Source: an uncultured delta proteobacterium
GTDB taxonomy: Bacteria; Myxococcota_A; Polyangia; Polyangiales; Polyangiaceae
DNA: 64,000 nt
Reading direction: 5' to 3'
Assembly (NCBI GenBank): GCA_963827955.1
Contig: CAWHDJ010000018.1
Location: forward strand, 1,053,297 to 1,117,296
Below the pieces are notes generated by a model. The model was not told the origin of the DNA, did not search any database, and worked only from the letters and a program-made list of their open reading frames with translations. Below, piece after piece: positions 32,320 to 42,572 of this stretch (the first letter of the stretch is position 1; each line of letters begins with the position of its first letter). The position numbers and the translations under genes were made by a program.

Positions 32320-33083
32320 CAGGTTTGCCGGATCCCGCGCTGCCGAGGACGAGGAGGGGCTCGGCCGGGTCGCGGTCGAGGATGGCGCGCTGCTCGGCGT
32401 CGAGCAGCGCCGTGATCCGGCCGGCGCCCCGCGGCTCGGCGGGGGCATCCGCCTCGACGGCGAAGCCGGAGGGCCCGCGCTCCGCCTCGAAGCGCCACGC
32501 GCCTCCGCCGCGCACCAGCGCTCCGCCCGGCACGCCGATCGCCGCGAAGCTCGCCCTGCTCGAACGCGAGCACGTGCCGGCGCTCCAGCACCCCCTCGAT
32601 CACCCTCCCGTCGGCCTCGACCTCGTAGTCGTCCCCGGGCTCGGCCGTGAAGAGCACCTCGGCGATCGGGGCCCTCTTCCAGTCGACCACGGTGACGCCG
32701 CGCGCCGGGTCGAGGAAGGGGCGCGCCCCGAGGAGCACGTCGCGCGATCGGCCCGCCGTCCGCACGCGCAGGTGGGCGAAGTACGGCTCGTCCAGGTCGG
32801 GCAGGCGCGCGGCGGACGCCGCCTCGTCGCGCGCGGCCTCCTCGTGGAGCTGCGCCAGCACCGCGGGCCGGTCCTCCTCGCCGGCTGCCGCGTACGCCTC
32901 GCGCAGCGACGCGAGCGCCCCGAGCCTCGCCTCGGCGCGCGCGGGCTTCCTGCAGCGCGCCTCGCCCACCGCCTCGCGCACCGCGGCGAGCAGCCGCTCC
33001 TCGTCCACCGCGATGGAAAGCTCCTCGGCCGTGAGCGGCCGCGCGTGCCTCTCCTCCATCGTCCCTCCGTGCCGGCGTCGCAC
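32320..33083 (-). pseudogene. 5' fragment of a HelD/UvrD-like helicase gene. It has an N-terminal domain and reaches the Walker A motif GSAGSGK, then loses coding character exactly where it meets the recombinase gene's 3' end. There is also an internal frameshift near 32520.
   Basis: ORF 32310..33083 has a plausible N-terminal domain. ORF 32075..32533 carries ITALLDAEQRAILDRDPAEPLLVLGSAGSGKP, a UvrD-type N-terminus. Downstream of that, the minus strand is antisense to the recombinase C-terminus. No helicase motifs Ia to VI are found anywhere else in the window. Confidence 0.5.
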
Positions 33084-33129
33084 TGCGAGCCTCCGGCGTT
33101 CGCGGAAGGTAGCCTCGGCGCCTATCCGT

Positions 33130-34074
33130 TCAAGCCTTGAAAAATAGGGGGATTTTGCTAGTCTTTGAGTGCGTCGCGGAGGGTGGGAGGCCGCGATTGC
33201 GCACAGAGCTCATCCACCCGGTGGGGGCGGGCACGGGGGCGCCTCGGGGTTCGTGAGTATCCAGGCGGTTCCACGTGCTGCACTCCGGCTGCCCCGCGCT
33301 GAGGCTGGCGATCCAGGCGGTGAGCCCGAGCTCGGGGAACTCCATGTAGGCGGCGTCCCCGAAGGAGCCCACCACGCACGTGTTCTGCTGCTGGCAGGTC
33401 TGCGAGGGGAGGAAGCCCGGGGCGAAGGTCGCGATGAGCGCGTCGTAGAGCTCGTCGACCTCCTGGTCGAACTGCGGGTTCTGGTTGAAGCCCGCCAGGT
33501 TCCAGTCGAGCGTGAAGGGCGCCCCGTCCTTCTGGACCTGCTTGCCCGAGACCGAGAACGCGTAGCTGTGCGTCCCGTCGCGGGACTTGAAGCTCAGCGT
33601 GCCGAGGTAGCCCGGCCAGACGTTGAGCGCCGAGATGACCTCGTTGGACGTCGAGAACATGGCCCCGAGGGCCCCGCTCCCGCCGAACGTGCAGTACCCG
33701 GTCTGGCCAGATCCACCCGTGCCGGCGCCGCTGCCTCCGCCCGTCCCCATCGAGACGCACGCGCAATCGATCTTCTCGGCCTCGGGAATGGTCAGGCCCG
33801 TGCCGCTCGGCCCGGCGAGGTCGAGGTTTCCGGCGCGGGCAGGGACCAGCAGGATGGGGGCCCCGGCGAAGTCGGTCGAGCACGGGTTGCCGCCCCCCGC
33901 TCCGCCGGCGCCTGTCGCTCCGCCTGCGGACGACGTGGTCACGGGCGTGGCGCCGCCGCCGGACGTGGACGATCCCGCCGTGGAGCCTCCGTTCACGGAG
34001 ACGATGTTCGAGCTGCAAGCAACACCGAGGAAGAGGGACGCTGGGACGAGGGCCAGCAAGGATCGAGAGGTCAT
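33130..34074 (-). CDS. Lipoprotein of unknown function, with a Gly/Ser/Thr-rich linker.
   Basis: MTSRSLLALVPASLFLGVACSS (lipobox) followed by a low-complexity linker and then a Cys-containing globular part. Confidence 0.55.
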   Translation of the reverse strand: MTSRSLLALVPASLFLGVACSSNIVSVNGGSTAGSSTSGGGATPVTTSSAGGATGAGGAGGGNPCSTDFAGAPILLVPARAGNLDLAGPSGTGLTIPEAEKIDCACVSMGTGGGSGAGTGGSGQTGYCTFGGSGALGAMFSTSNEVISALNVWPGYLGTLSFKSRDGTHSYAFSVSGKQVQKDGAPFTLDWNLAGFNQNPQFDQEVDELYDALIATFAPGFLPSQTCQQQNTCVVGSFGDAAYMEFPELGLTAWIASLSAGQPECSTWNRLDTHEPRGAPVPAPTGWMSSVRNRGLPPSATHSKTSKIPLFFKA

Positions 34075-34083
34075 CCCCCCGCT

Positions 34084-35262
34084 CTACGTGCGCGACACGG
34101 CAGAGACAACCTCACGCTCGACGAGCGACATCACCGTGCCGTGTCCCGGAAACTCTCCGCCGTGGCCGTCGGATTCGAACCCGGACGCGAGCGCCCCCTC
34201 CGCGAACGCGAGGAGCGCGTCGCGCATCGCGGGCGTGAGGCTCGGGTACCAGACGGGGCTCGCCACCACGAGGGCGCGCCAGGCGAAGAAGGGCGGGATG
34301 ACCTCGAGCACCTCGCGGTCGCCGCTCCGGTCGAGGTACGTCGACCAGAAGGCCCCCCAGACGGGCTCGATCCCGCGACGCCACGCGCGCGGGGACACGA
34401 CGGCGCCGAAGACGTAGTTGATGGTCAGCGCGGCGAGGTCGTCGGCGGGGTCGCCCCGGCCGCCGCGGCTCGCGTCGAGCAGGGTGAAGTCGGCGTCCTC
34501 GCGGAACAGGATGTTGTAGGGGTGGAAGTCGCCGTGCGTGCGGCGGAGGCGGTGGGCGCGGCCGCGGATCTTCCAGCGGAAGTCGACGCAGGCTCGCTCC
34601 AGCGCGGCGAGGCGCTCGAAGGGCACGGGGCCGCCCTCGGGGTAGCTGTCGGCGATGCCGAAGACGCCCTCTCCGCTGCCGACCAGGTTGCGCACCGCGC
34701 GCTGGTAGACCTCGGGCGGCCCAGGTTCGGCGGGCGCGCGGTGGAGGTCTGCGAGGTAGGAGGCGAGCGCCTGGGCACGGGCGACGTCGCGCGGCGTCGC
34801 CTCGCCGCGCTGCTCCAGCGCCCGCAGATCGCGGGCGTAGAGCGTGCCCTCGGCGTACTCCGTGAGCAGGTAGAACTCCCCGTCGCCGGCGAGCGAGACG
34901 AGGCTCCCCTCGGCGTCGAAGGCGCCGACGTCGAGGACGCGCGTGTGCCGGGGGACCTCGCCGTACGTGTCGGCGGCGAGGAGCACGAGCGCCGCGCGGT
35001 CCGCCCTCCGGTCGTGGCCGAACGAGTTGGGCGCCATGGTGTGCAGGACGCAGCGCTTCTCCCGCCCGCCGGCGCGGTAGCAGAGCAGCGCGGGCTCGCC
35101 GTAGCCGACGTGCTTGAGCTCGGTGGCGCCGCGGTCGTCGGCGATCGAGCCGAGGTGGACGAGCTCGACGGGGACGCCCTCGATGCGGCGCAGCGCGGCC
35201 TCCACGGCGGCGGGGCGGATGGGGGCGGCGCGCAGCTCGGGCGGATCGACGTGCTGGGTCAT
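34084..35262 (-). CDS. Aminoglycoside phosphotransferase (APH) family kinase.
   Basis: Catalytic loop HGDFHPYNILF (the HGDxxxxN motif) and a DxxR-type motif (LLDASRGGRGDPADD). Confidence 0.7.
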   Translation of the reverse strand: MTQHVDPPELRAAPIRPAAVEAALRRIEGVPVELVHLGSIADDRGATELKHVGYGEPALLCYRAGGREKRCVLHTMAPNSFGHDRRADRAALVLLAADTYGEVPRHTRVLDVGAFDAEGSLVSLAGDGEFYLLTEYAEGTLYARDLRALEQRGEATPRDVARAQALASYLADLHRAPAEPGPPEVYQRAVRNLVGSGEGVFGIADSYPEGGPVPFERLAALERACVDFRWKIRGRAHRLRRTHGDFHPYNILFREDADFTLLDASRGGRGDPADDLAALTINYVFGAVVSPRAWRRGIEPVWGAFWSTYLDRSGDREVLEVIPPFFAWRALVVASPVWYPSLTPAMRDALLAFAEGALASGFESDGHGGEFPGHGTVMSLVEREVVSAVSRT

Positions 35263-35345
35263 GCGACGCTGGAGGGTACTACGCGACGCGCCCCGCGTCC
35301 GGCGCGCTTGCCGGCCGCGCCGCCGTCCCGATACATTTTCACATC

Positions 35346-37658
35346 ATGGATTCTTGGTACGCCAACCTGGGCTCGGTGCTCCTCCTCTCGCTCGCCGTGG
35401 CCGCGGGCGCGGCGGCGTGCGGCGGCGGCAGCAACGCCACAAGCAGCGCCGGCAGCGCGGGCGGTGCCGGAGGCCACGCGACCAGCAGCGGCACCGGCGG
35501 CACGCAGAGCAGCGCGAGCGGCACCGGCGGCATCTCGCTCAGCACCTCCGGGTCCGGCGGCAACACGCAGGGCTTCGACGTGGAGCCGAAGGCCCTGCAG
35601 ACGATCAAGGTCACCGCCGGCCAGACCAAACCGACCGTGACGTACAAGGCGACGCTGAACGGCAAGGCCATCAGCGTCGGCTGGGGAGTCGACCTCGGCA
35701 ACGTCGCCACCATCCCCTCCGGCCCCTCGCCGGCCGCGCTCTTCGCCCCCACCGGGAACGCCGGCGGCATGGTCACCATCACGGCCGGCCTCAACGGCAA
35801 GACCATCCAGCGCCAGGTCATGGTCGAGCTCACCGCGACGCAGAACGGGCCCGGGACGAGCCCCGCCGAGCAGGCGCAGATGCCCGGCGGCGTCGCCGAC
35901 CTGACCAACGGGGGCGGCGTCGGCGGCGTCGGCGGCGAGGGCCTGGGCTCCTCGTTCACCGGCTTTCCGAGCACGACCATGCCGGCGGCCATGGGCCTCG
36001 CGTTCCTGTACCCCTACGACAAGACGGTCTGGCCCCGCGGCCTGCCCGCGCCGCTGCTCCAGTGGACGTGGGCGCCCGGCGACGCCGACGCGATCCGGAT
36101 CGGCCTGAAGACGGCGAACGGCTCGTTCACCTACACGGGCACCTTCGGCCCCCCGCCGATCCTGAAGCAGACGAGCGGCAAGTTCACCCGCATGCCGATT
36201 CCGCAGGACGTGTGGGACATGGCCACCAACAGCGCCGGCGGGGCGGCGAACCCGCTGACCGTGAGCCTCACGGTCGCCAAGGGCGGCGCGGCGTACGGGC
36301 CGATCACCGAGACGTGGACCATCGCGCCCGCGCGGCTCTCGGGCACCATCTACTACCAGTCGTACGGGACGCAGCTCGTGCAGAACGAGTGCTGCAACAC
36401 CAACGGCACCAGCTTCGGCGCCGCGGTGCTGGCCATCCACGTGGGCGACACCGCGCCGAAGGTCATCGCCGGCAACGGCGGCGAGTGCCGGACCTGCCAC
36501 TCGGTGGCGGCGTTCGGAAAGCGCCTCATCGCGATGCCCTACGGCAACTACTCGGACTACGAGCTCAGCCCGAGCGGCGCGACCGAGATTCCCCTGTCCA
36601 ACTCGGGCGCGTGGTTCCCCGGCCTCTACCCGGATGGATCCATGATGCTCACGGGCGACGGCGCGCTCATCCCGCTCCCCAACGGCGGCACGCCCATCAC
36701 GACCACCGGCCTGTCCACGCCCAACCCGTACATGCCCGCGTTCTCGCCCGACGGGAAGCTCGTCGCCTTCAACCCGGCCGTCGGCAGCCAGCTCGTCGTC
36801 ATGGGATTCGACGCCACGAGCAACACCTTCTCGAACCAGGTCGTCGTCGCCGACGACACCGCGGGCGGCGCCACGCCCGGGTGGCCCGCGTTCTTCCCGG
36901 ACGGCAAGTCCGTCGTCTTCGAGCAGGAGACCGCGCCGAGCGCGCTGGACGGCCACGGTGACGGCATCCTCTGGACGCGCGAGAACGCCAAGGGGCACAT
37001 CGCGTGGACCAGCGCGGCGGGCTCGGGGAGCGTCACGGACCTCGACCAGCTCAACGGCAAGGGCTACCTGCCGGCGATGGCCTCGCCCATCCAGTTGAGC
37101 TGCCTGGGCGACAACGGCTACCAGGAGGGCACCAACCTCGACGGCGCCCACGCCACCGACGCGGACATGAACTACGAGCCGACGGTCAACCCGCTCCCCT
37201 CGGGCGGCTACGCGTGGGTCGTGTTCACCAGCCGCCGCCTGTACGGCTCGGTCGCCGCCATCCCGCCCTACTGCAGCGACCCGCGCGGCGTCGACCTCAT
37301 CGACAACATCACGACGAAGAAGCTCTGGGTCTCGGCCATCGACCTCGGCGCCAAGCCCGGCACGGACGCGAGCCACCCGGCGTTCTACCTCCCCGCGCAG
37401 GAGCTGCTCGCCGGCAACTCGCGCGGCTTCTGGGTCCTCGACCCCTGCCAGGCCGACGGCACGTCGTGCACGACGGGCGACCAGTGCTGCAACGGCTACT
37501 GCGAGGCGGACGGCGACGGCGGGGCGCTCATCTGCTCCAACATGCCGCCGAGCGGCACGTGCTCGATGCCGGGCGACAAGTGCAAGTCGAGCTCCGACTG
37601 CTGCGACGCCGGGGATCTCTGCATCAACGGGTTCTGCACGCAATCGACCCCGCAGTAG
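35346..37658 (+). CDS. Large secreted lipoprotein with a Gly/Ser/Thr-rich region and a C-terminal Cys-rich knot.
   Basis: MDSWYANLGSVLLLSLAVAAGAAACGG (lipobox). The C-terminus is DPCQADGTSCTTGDQCCNGYCEADGDGGALICSNMPPSGTCSMPGDKCKSSSDCCDAGDLCINGFC. Confidence 0.6.
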   Translation: MDSWYANLGSVLLLSLAVAAGAAACGGGSNATSSAGSAGGAGGHATSSGTGGTQSSASGTGGISLSTSGSGGNTQGFDVEPKALQTIKVTAGQTKPTVTYKATLNGKAISVGWGVDLGNVATIPSGPSPAALFAPTGNAGGMVTITAGLNGKTIQRQVMVELTATQNGPGTSPAEQAQMPGGVADLTNGGGVGGVGGEGLGSSFTGFPSTTMPAAMGLAFLYPYDKTVWPRGLPAPLLQWTWAPGDADAIRIGLKTANGSFTYTGTFGPPPILKQTSGKFTRMPIPQDVWDMATNSAGGAANPLTVSLTVAKGGAAYGPITETWTIAPARLSGTIYYQSYGTQLVQNECCNTNGTSFGAAVLAIHVGDTAPKVIAGNGGECRTCHSVAAFGKRLIAMPYGNYSDYELSPSGATEIPLSNSGAWFPGLYPDGSMMLTGDGALIPLPNGGTPITTTGLSTPNPYMPAFSPDGKLVAFNPAVGSQLVVMGFDATSNTFSNQVVVADDTAGGATPGWPAFFPDGKSVVFEQETAPSALDGHGDGILWTRENAKGHIAWTSAAGSGSVTDLDQLNGKGYLPAMASPIQLSCLGDNGYQEGTNLDGAHATDADMNYEPTVNPLPSGGYAWVVFTSRRLYGSVAAIPPYCSDPRGVDLIDNITTKKLWVSAIDLGAKPGTDASHPAFYLPAQELLAGNSRGFWVLDPCQADGTSCTTGDQCCNGYCEADGDGGALICSNMPPSGTCSMPGDKCKSSSDCCDAGDLCINGFCTQSTPQ

Positions 37659-38086
37659 CGCGACGCCCAATAATCCGTTTGCGCTCGCTACCCTTTCGAC
37701 CGCTCCGTCTCTGACCGGAGCAGAAGGTTCCGCAGCAGACGTGAGGCTCGTGCGAAGGCGCGCGCGACATGGCGGGCGTCGAAGCTGACACAGAGCGGCG
37801 CATGCCGCGCTAAATTTAGAGCGGCGTGCGTTTGCATTGGGTACGCGCCTACCGAACCGCGAGCGCGAGCGAGCGGGTGCCAGACGGCGCGACGCTTTCG
37901 TGCCCTCGCATGCGTAGCGCTACAGGCAGCGCGACGCGGGCAAGGGCGTGGCGCGTAGGCGCCCTCTGGCACCCGCTCCCTGGCGGTCGCGGTTCGGTAT
38001 GTACTCATCCCGAACGCACGCCGCTCTAGCTCCGCGTGTTTCCTCGTGATCGTGGCCTGGCACACCGGATGCTCATGGAGCGCTCC

Positions 38087-38375
38087 ATGAAGCTTCTTGG
38101 AATTCTCGGTCCCATGCTCGCGGTTGGTCTCGTTGCCTGCGGTGGCGTTTCGTCCGGCGGAAGCCCCACCGGAAGCAGCACGGCGAGCAGCGGGCCGAGG
38201 AGCAGCGGTAGCCATGGAGGGCGGTGGCGGTGGTGGCCAGATCACGCAAGGTTCGATCGAGATCGTGAGCATCGACGCGACGCACGTCGAGTACGAGCTG
38301 ACGGGCGTGAACCCGCCGGAAGCCAACTGGTCCGTGTCGGTCGACGGTTCCCACATCGCTGAACGCTGCCAGTAA
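38087..38375 (+). CDS. Small lipoprotein, with a frameshift near 38220.
   Basis: MKLLGILGPMLAVGLVACGG in ORF 38036..38362. The C-terminus QITQGSIEIVSIDATHVEYELTGVNPPEANWSVSVDGSHIAERCQ is in ORF 38097..38375. Confidence 0.4.
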
Positions 38376-38513
38376 CCGACGGGGGTGCCGCCCACCGGAG
38401 GCGCCCCAAAAGCGAACGGCCGCCGGCCCGGAGTTGCCGGGCGGCGGCCGCGCGCCGAGGGCCCCCCGAGGAGGGGCCCTCACTCTGTTTGTCGCTCTCG
38501 GCCGGTCATCCCC

Positions 38514-39170
38514 TCACGGGAACGTGACGACCACGGCGACCGACCAGTCCGACTTGGCTTGCCCGCGCAGGAGCGCGAAACGAACCAGTACCTGCGTGCC
38601 CGGCGCGCCCGTCAGCTTGCGGGACTTGCCGGTGCCGTCCAGATCCGTGTAGCTCGGCGTCGCAGTGTTGGGGCTCCACTGCGCCGCGTACTTCTGACGG
38701 GTCTGGCCCAGCTCGTGGACCGAGGCCGTCGCCTTGCCCGAGCCCTTCTTCCCGGGCTTGATGTCGATCTGCTCGGGGGGCACGAGGGGGGGCGGCGGCG
38801 GCCTCCCCGCGTAGGCGAGGAGGCCCATGCTCGTGATGTCGGACTCGCTCGTGGCGTTGTTCTCGACCAGCTTGCGGATGAGCCCGAGGCTCTTGTTGAC
38901 CGCAATCTGGGCCGATTCCTCCGCCGCGACGTCGAGCGCGTGCTGCTTCGCGCTCTGCCCGGCCGTCTGCCGCGCGCCCACCAAGGTGGCCTGGACCTTC
39001 CCCAGGTTCGCCACCTCGTCTTGAATGCCTTTCACCGCGTAGAGTGGGCTCTGCGGCGCCATCTTCAACATGGCGGCCACGAGCTTCTCCTGGGCGTTCG
39101 GATCCGCGTTGAGCGCGTTGAGCGCCAGGAGGACGTGGTACTGGTTCGTCGGTTGCTTCTTTTTGGCCAT
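38514..39170 (-). CDS. Hypothetical protein.
   Basis: Internal Met MAKKKQPTNQYHVLLALNALNADPNAQEKLVAAMLKMAPQSP... of ORF 38514..39281, with coding-like composition. Confidence 0.45.
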   Translation of the reverse strand: MAKKKQPTNQYHVLLALNALNADPNAQEKLVAAMLKMAPQSPLYAVKGIQDEVANLGKVQATLVGARQTAGQSAKQHALDVAAEESAQIAVNKSLGLIRKLVENNATSESDITSMGLLAYAGRPPPPPLVPPEQIDIKPGKKGSGKATASVHELGQTRQKYAAQWSPNTATPSYTDLDGTGKSRKLTGAPGTQVLVRFALLRGQAKSDWSVAVVVTFP

Positions 39171-39479
39171 CGCTTTCACCTCCCTTCCAAGAAAATGTTC
39201 AGAGCGCGGCACGGGCTCGCACGACCCCCGCCGGCGCTCCGGAGAGCGGCCGAATGGCCGCCCCCTGGAGCGCCCGCCCACTCTGCCTCCGACACGCTAC
39301 CAATTAGCATCGGCGGAGAGTCGTGCAAGGGGGGACCGAGAGGAAAACGACCGATCGTCGAAAAAAAGAGATCGCCGTGCATCGATGGTGCTCTGCACAC
39401 GCACCACCGGCGGCCATCGGACCGAGCTTTCGGCGGGGATGGGGTGGGCTGAGCACCGCGATCCGCGCACGTAGGTGCC

Positions 39480-40570
39480 GTTCAACAATACCGCGTCACC
39501 ATCGAACGGAGCCTCGGTGCTGTTCGACAAACCCTTGGCGCCGTCGAACCGGTCCGCGGCGCCGTTCGACGCGCCCGCGCTCCGTGTGCGCGACCCGGGG
39601 CTCGATGTGCGCGACCCGGGGATCCATGTGCGCGACCCGGGGCGCCATCAAACGGACCCGCGGGGCGATCACACGGACCCGCGGGGTGATCGAATGGATC
39701 CGCGGGGCGATCACACGGACCCGCGGCGCCGTTTGCATTCCCCGCGCGCCGTTGTGTCGGCCGCGCGGCGTCGTGACCGGATCCCCTCGGCGCCGTTCGA
39801 CAAACCCTTGGCGCCATCAAACGGACCCGCGGTGCCGTTCGACAAACCCTCGGCGCCAGTACACGGACCTGCGGGATGATCGAATGGGTCCGCGGGGCGA
39901 TCACACAGACCCGCGGGGTGATCGCATGGATCCGCGGGGCGATCACACGGACCCGCGGGGCGATCACACGGACCCGCAGGGCGATCACACGGACCCGCGG
40001 CACCGTTTGATCGCCCCCGCGGTCGGTCGAACGAATTCCACCGCCGGTGTACGTACCGAAACGCGTCGTGTGAGATGCGCCGGCGCGCCTTCAAACGGCG
40101 CGCGGGGCGATCGAACGGAGCCCGCGACCGGTTGGATCGAGCCCGCGACCGGTTGGATCGAGCCCCGGTGCCGTTCTATGGGGCCGCGGACCGGTGCAAC
40201 GACGCCGGGGGTCCGTGTGATCGCCCCGCGGGTCCGTGTGATCGCCCCGCGGGTCCGTTTGATGGAGCCGCGGGCCCGTGTGATCGCCCCGCGGGTCCGT
40301 TTGATGGAGCCGCGGTCCTGCTCAACGGCGTCGCGGGTCCGTTTGATGGAGCCGCGGAGCGCGCAGACGGAGCGGCAGGAGGCGAAGACGGCGCTGCGGC
40401 CCGTGTAGAAGGAGGGGCGGGGCGCGGAGACGGCGCTGGGGGATCGTTCGACGGCGCCACGGCGCACGCAGATGGTGTCGCGGCTTCGGGAGACGGAGCC
40501 GCGGCGCACGGCCATGGATCCGAGGGGCGCGGAGACGGAGCCGCGGTCCATGTAGAGAAGGAGGGGCGCC
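39480..40570. repeat. Intergenic array of 21-bp tandem repeats organised as inverted arms. Arm A (about 39575-40010) has units CGATCACACGGACCCGCGGGG. Arm B (about 40190-40340) has units GGTCCGTGTGATCGCCCCGCG, the reverse complement. Further 21-bp-periodic units (GAGACGGAGCCGCGG...) run to about 40560.
   Basis: Read directly from the sequence. There are at least 12 units per arm. The spacer contains its own 21-bp direct duplication (gagcccgcgaccggttggatc twice, near 40118-40160). There are no unique spacers, so this is not CRISPR-like. Confidence 0.85.
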
Positions 40571-40600
40571 AGGAGACGCACGAGCCGGTGGGCCGAGGCT

Positions 40601-42305
40601 TCACGGCAGGAGCAAGCCGCCGATCGCGTAGCTCGACCCGGCGGCCTGCGTCCACACGAGGGCCGGCTTCGCCCCGCTCGCGGGGGCGTAGCCGCCCAGG
40701 TAGTTGCGCTGGTTCGAGTCGGAGGGCGTGAGGATGGCCCACATCGACCACGCCGATCCGTCGAAGTACGTGTAGACGATTCTGGCTGCCGTCGTCGGGG
40801 CTGAGCGCGAGCAGGATCACGCCGTCGCCGTAGGGCGCGAGGAAGATGCCGGAGGCCATCAGCGTGCTCAGCGGCTCGATGGTGCCACCCGCTGTCCAGG
40901 TGCCGCCGACGGAGGACAGGATGGCGTGGTCGAAGCCGCACCCGGTGCGCCGGACGACGTGGACCTGGCCGTTCTGGACCGTGGCGGCCCAGTCGTCGTG
41001 GTCGATGGGCGCGCCCGTCGAGAAGACGAGCGGAGGCGTGACGAAGTTGCCGGAGGCGGGCTCGACGGGGGCCCACGCGCCGTTCGTGAAGACGTTCGAG
41101 AGGATGTTGCCGGGCTGCTCGCTGCCCGCGTCGTCGTAGAGCACGAGCGCCGCGTCGTCGAGCGCGAGGACCTGGTGGGATCCGATCGTGCCGGGCACGC
41201 ACCAGAGCACCTGGTGCGTGAAGAGCGCGCTGTTGAAGCCCGACGAGCCGTCGTCCTTGTCCACGCTGGCGAAGACGTCGGAGTCGCCCGCCCCGCAGTC
41301 GCCCATCGCGGAGAGGGAGCCAGGGGGCGAGAAGTCGCCCGTGTTCTCGTACCCGGTCGCGTCCACGACCTGCCCGTTCGAGAGGATGGCGGTGGCGGGG
41401 CCGTCCGGCCAGGCCATCGGCGTGCCCCCGCCCACGAGCTTGTTGATCGACTGCGAGGTGCCGAAGGCGACGTGGCCCGCCGAGATGGTCGCCCGGAGGT
41501 GATAGACGCCGAGGGCGGGGGCCGAGGCGTCGGCGTAGCCCTGCGTGACGTGCACGACGTCCGTGCCCGCGATGAGGCGGTAGGCCACGCTGAGGTCGCG
41601 CCCGTCGCCGTCGGGGCCCGGCTCGGGGGCGAAGATGAGGCTCTCGCCGTCCTGCCACGTGGCGAAATCGGCGCTGAAGCGCGTCGCGAGCTGCCCGCCG
41701 GCCGCCGGGTCGTGGAAGAGCCACCACTGCGAGGCGCCCTCGGCGTACACGATGTGGGTCTGCGATCCGTGGCCCGTGGCCGTGGGGAGCTCGCCGGTGC
41801 TCGCGAGGACGGTGGGCGTCGCGGTCTGGTGGACGGTGACGGCGGCCTCCGCGCTCTTGCTCCCCGCCGTCGCCTTGACGTGGAAGGTCTGGTCCTCCTG
41901 CGGGGCGCGGTAGACGCCCTGCGGTGAGGTGATGGTGCCGCCGCCCGCCTCGACCACGCTCCAGGTGACGTCGGCCGGAGCGCCGTCGAGCGTCGCCGTG
42001 AAGGTGAGCGTGGTCAGCGAGAGGAGCGTCGCCTCCGGCGGCGAGATGCTGAGCCCCGTGCTCTGCCCGCCCGCCCCCGCGGCGCCGCTCGATGTCGACG
42101 TGGCGCTCGCGGTCGACGTGGCGCTCGCGGTCGACATGGAGGACCCGTGGCTTCCCGTCGACGTCGCGGCGGCGCCGCCGCTGCCGCTGCCACCGGCGGC
42201 GCTCGTGGTCGGGACGCCGCTCGAGATCCCGAAGATCGCGTTGCACCCCGCGATCGCGAGGGGGACGACGGCGACCGCGACGGACCATCGTCCTCGGCGC
42301 ATCAT
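40601..42305 (-). CDS. Lipoprotein with a Ser/Thr/Ala-rich linker and a large beta-rich globular domain. There is a frameshift near 40780.
   Basis: Met at 42305 (MMRRGRWSVAVAVVPLAIAGC, lipobox). A long coding-like stretch in ORF 40176..44126 runs to ...LALSPDDGSQ. The true C-terminus ...RIVYTYFDGSAWSMWAILTPSDSNQRNYLGGYAPASGAKPALVWTQAAGSSYAIGGLLLP* is recovered in another frame and ends at the stop at 40601-40603. Confidence 0.6.
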
Positions 42306-42450
42306 GGGCCGGCATCGTAGGGTGGGCGGGCCGCCGCAGTCTACGGACGACGGCGCCGCGGGCACGGAGACGGGGTGGGGAGGGGAGACGGGGCGGAGGG
42401 TACGTAGAAGGAGAGGCGGGGAGGGGCGGAACGCGTCGGGCGCAAGGGCC

Positions 42451-42514
42451 GTGCCAGTGGTCCGGAAGCGATCGACATCGAGCCCTTCACTTTCTTGGAC
42501 ACTCACCCCCCTCC
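42451..42514. repeat. 64-bp element GTGCCAGTGGTCCGGAAG(C)GATCGACATCGAGCCCTTCACTTTCTTGGACACTCACCCCCCTCC, copy 1 of 2. A TTGTAGGAGC motif lies downstream.
   Basis: Identical apart from one base to the copy at 44689-44752. Confidence 0.85.
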
Positions 42515-42572
42515 AGCCGACCGTTTGTAGGAGCACCGCTTCTTGTAGGAGCCCCGAGCACGACCGGCGAGG

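Noticed and set aside
39323-40731. ORFs 39323..40408(+), 39475..39879(+), 39482..40003(-), 39711..40094(-) and 40075..40731(+) through the 21-mer arrays. CRISPR was also considered.
   Set aside because: The ORFs exist on both strands only because the 21-bp (7-codon) repeats lack stops. Flanking genes end or start outside the array. It is not CRISPR because the repeats are directly tandem with no unique spacers and the arms are inverted.
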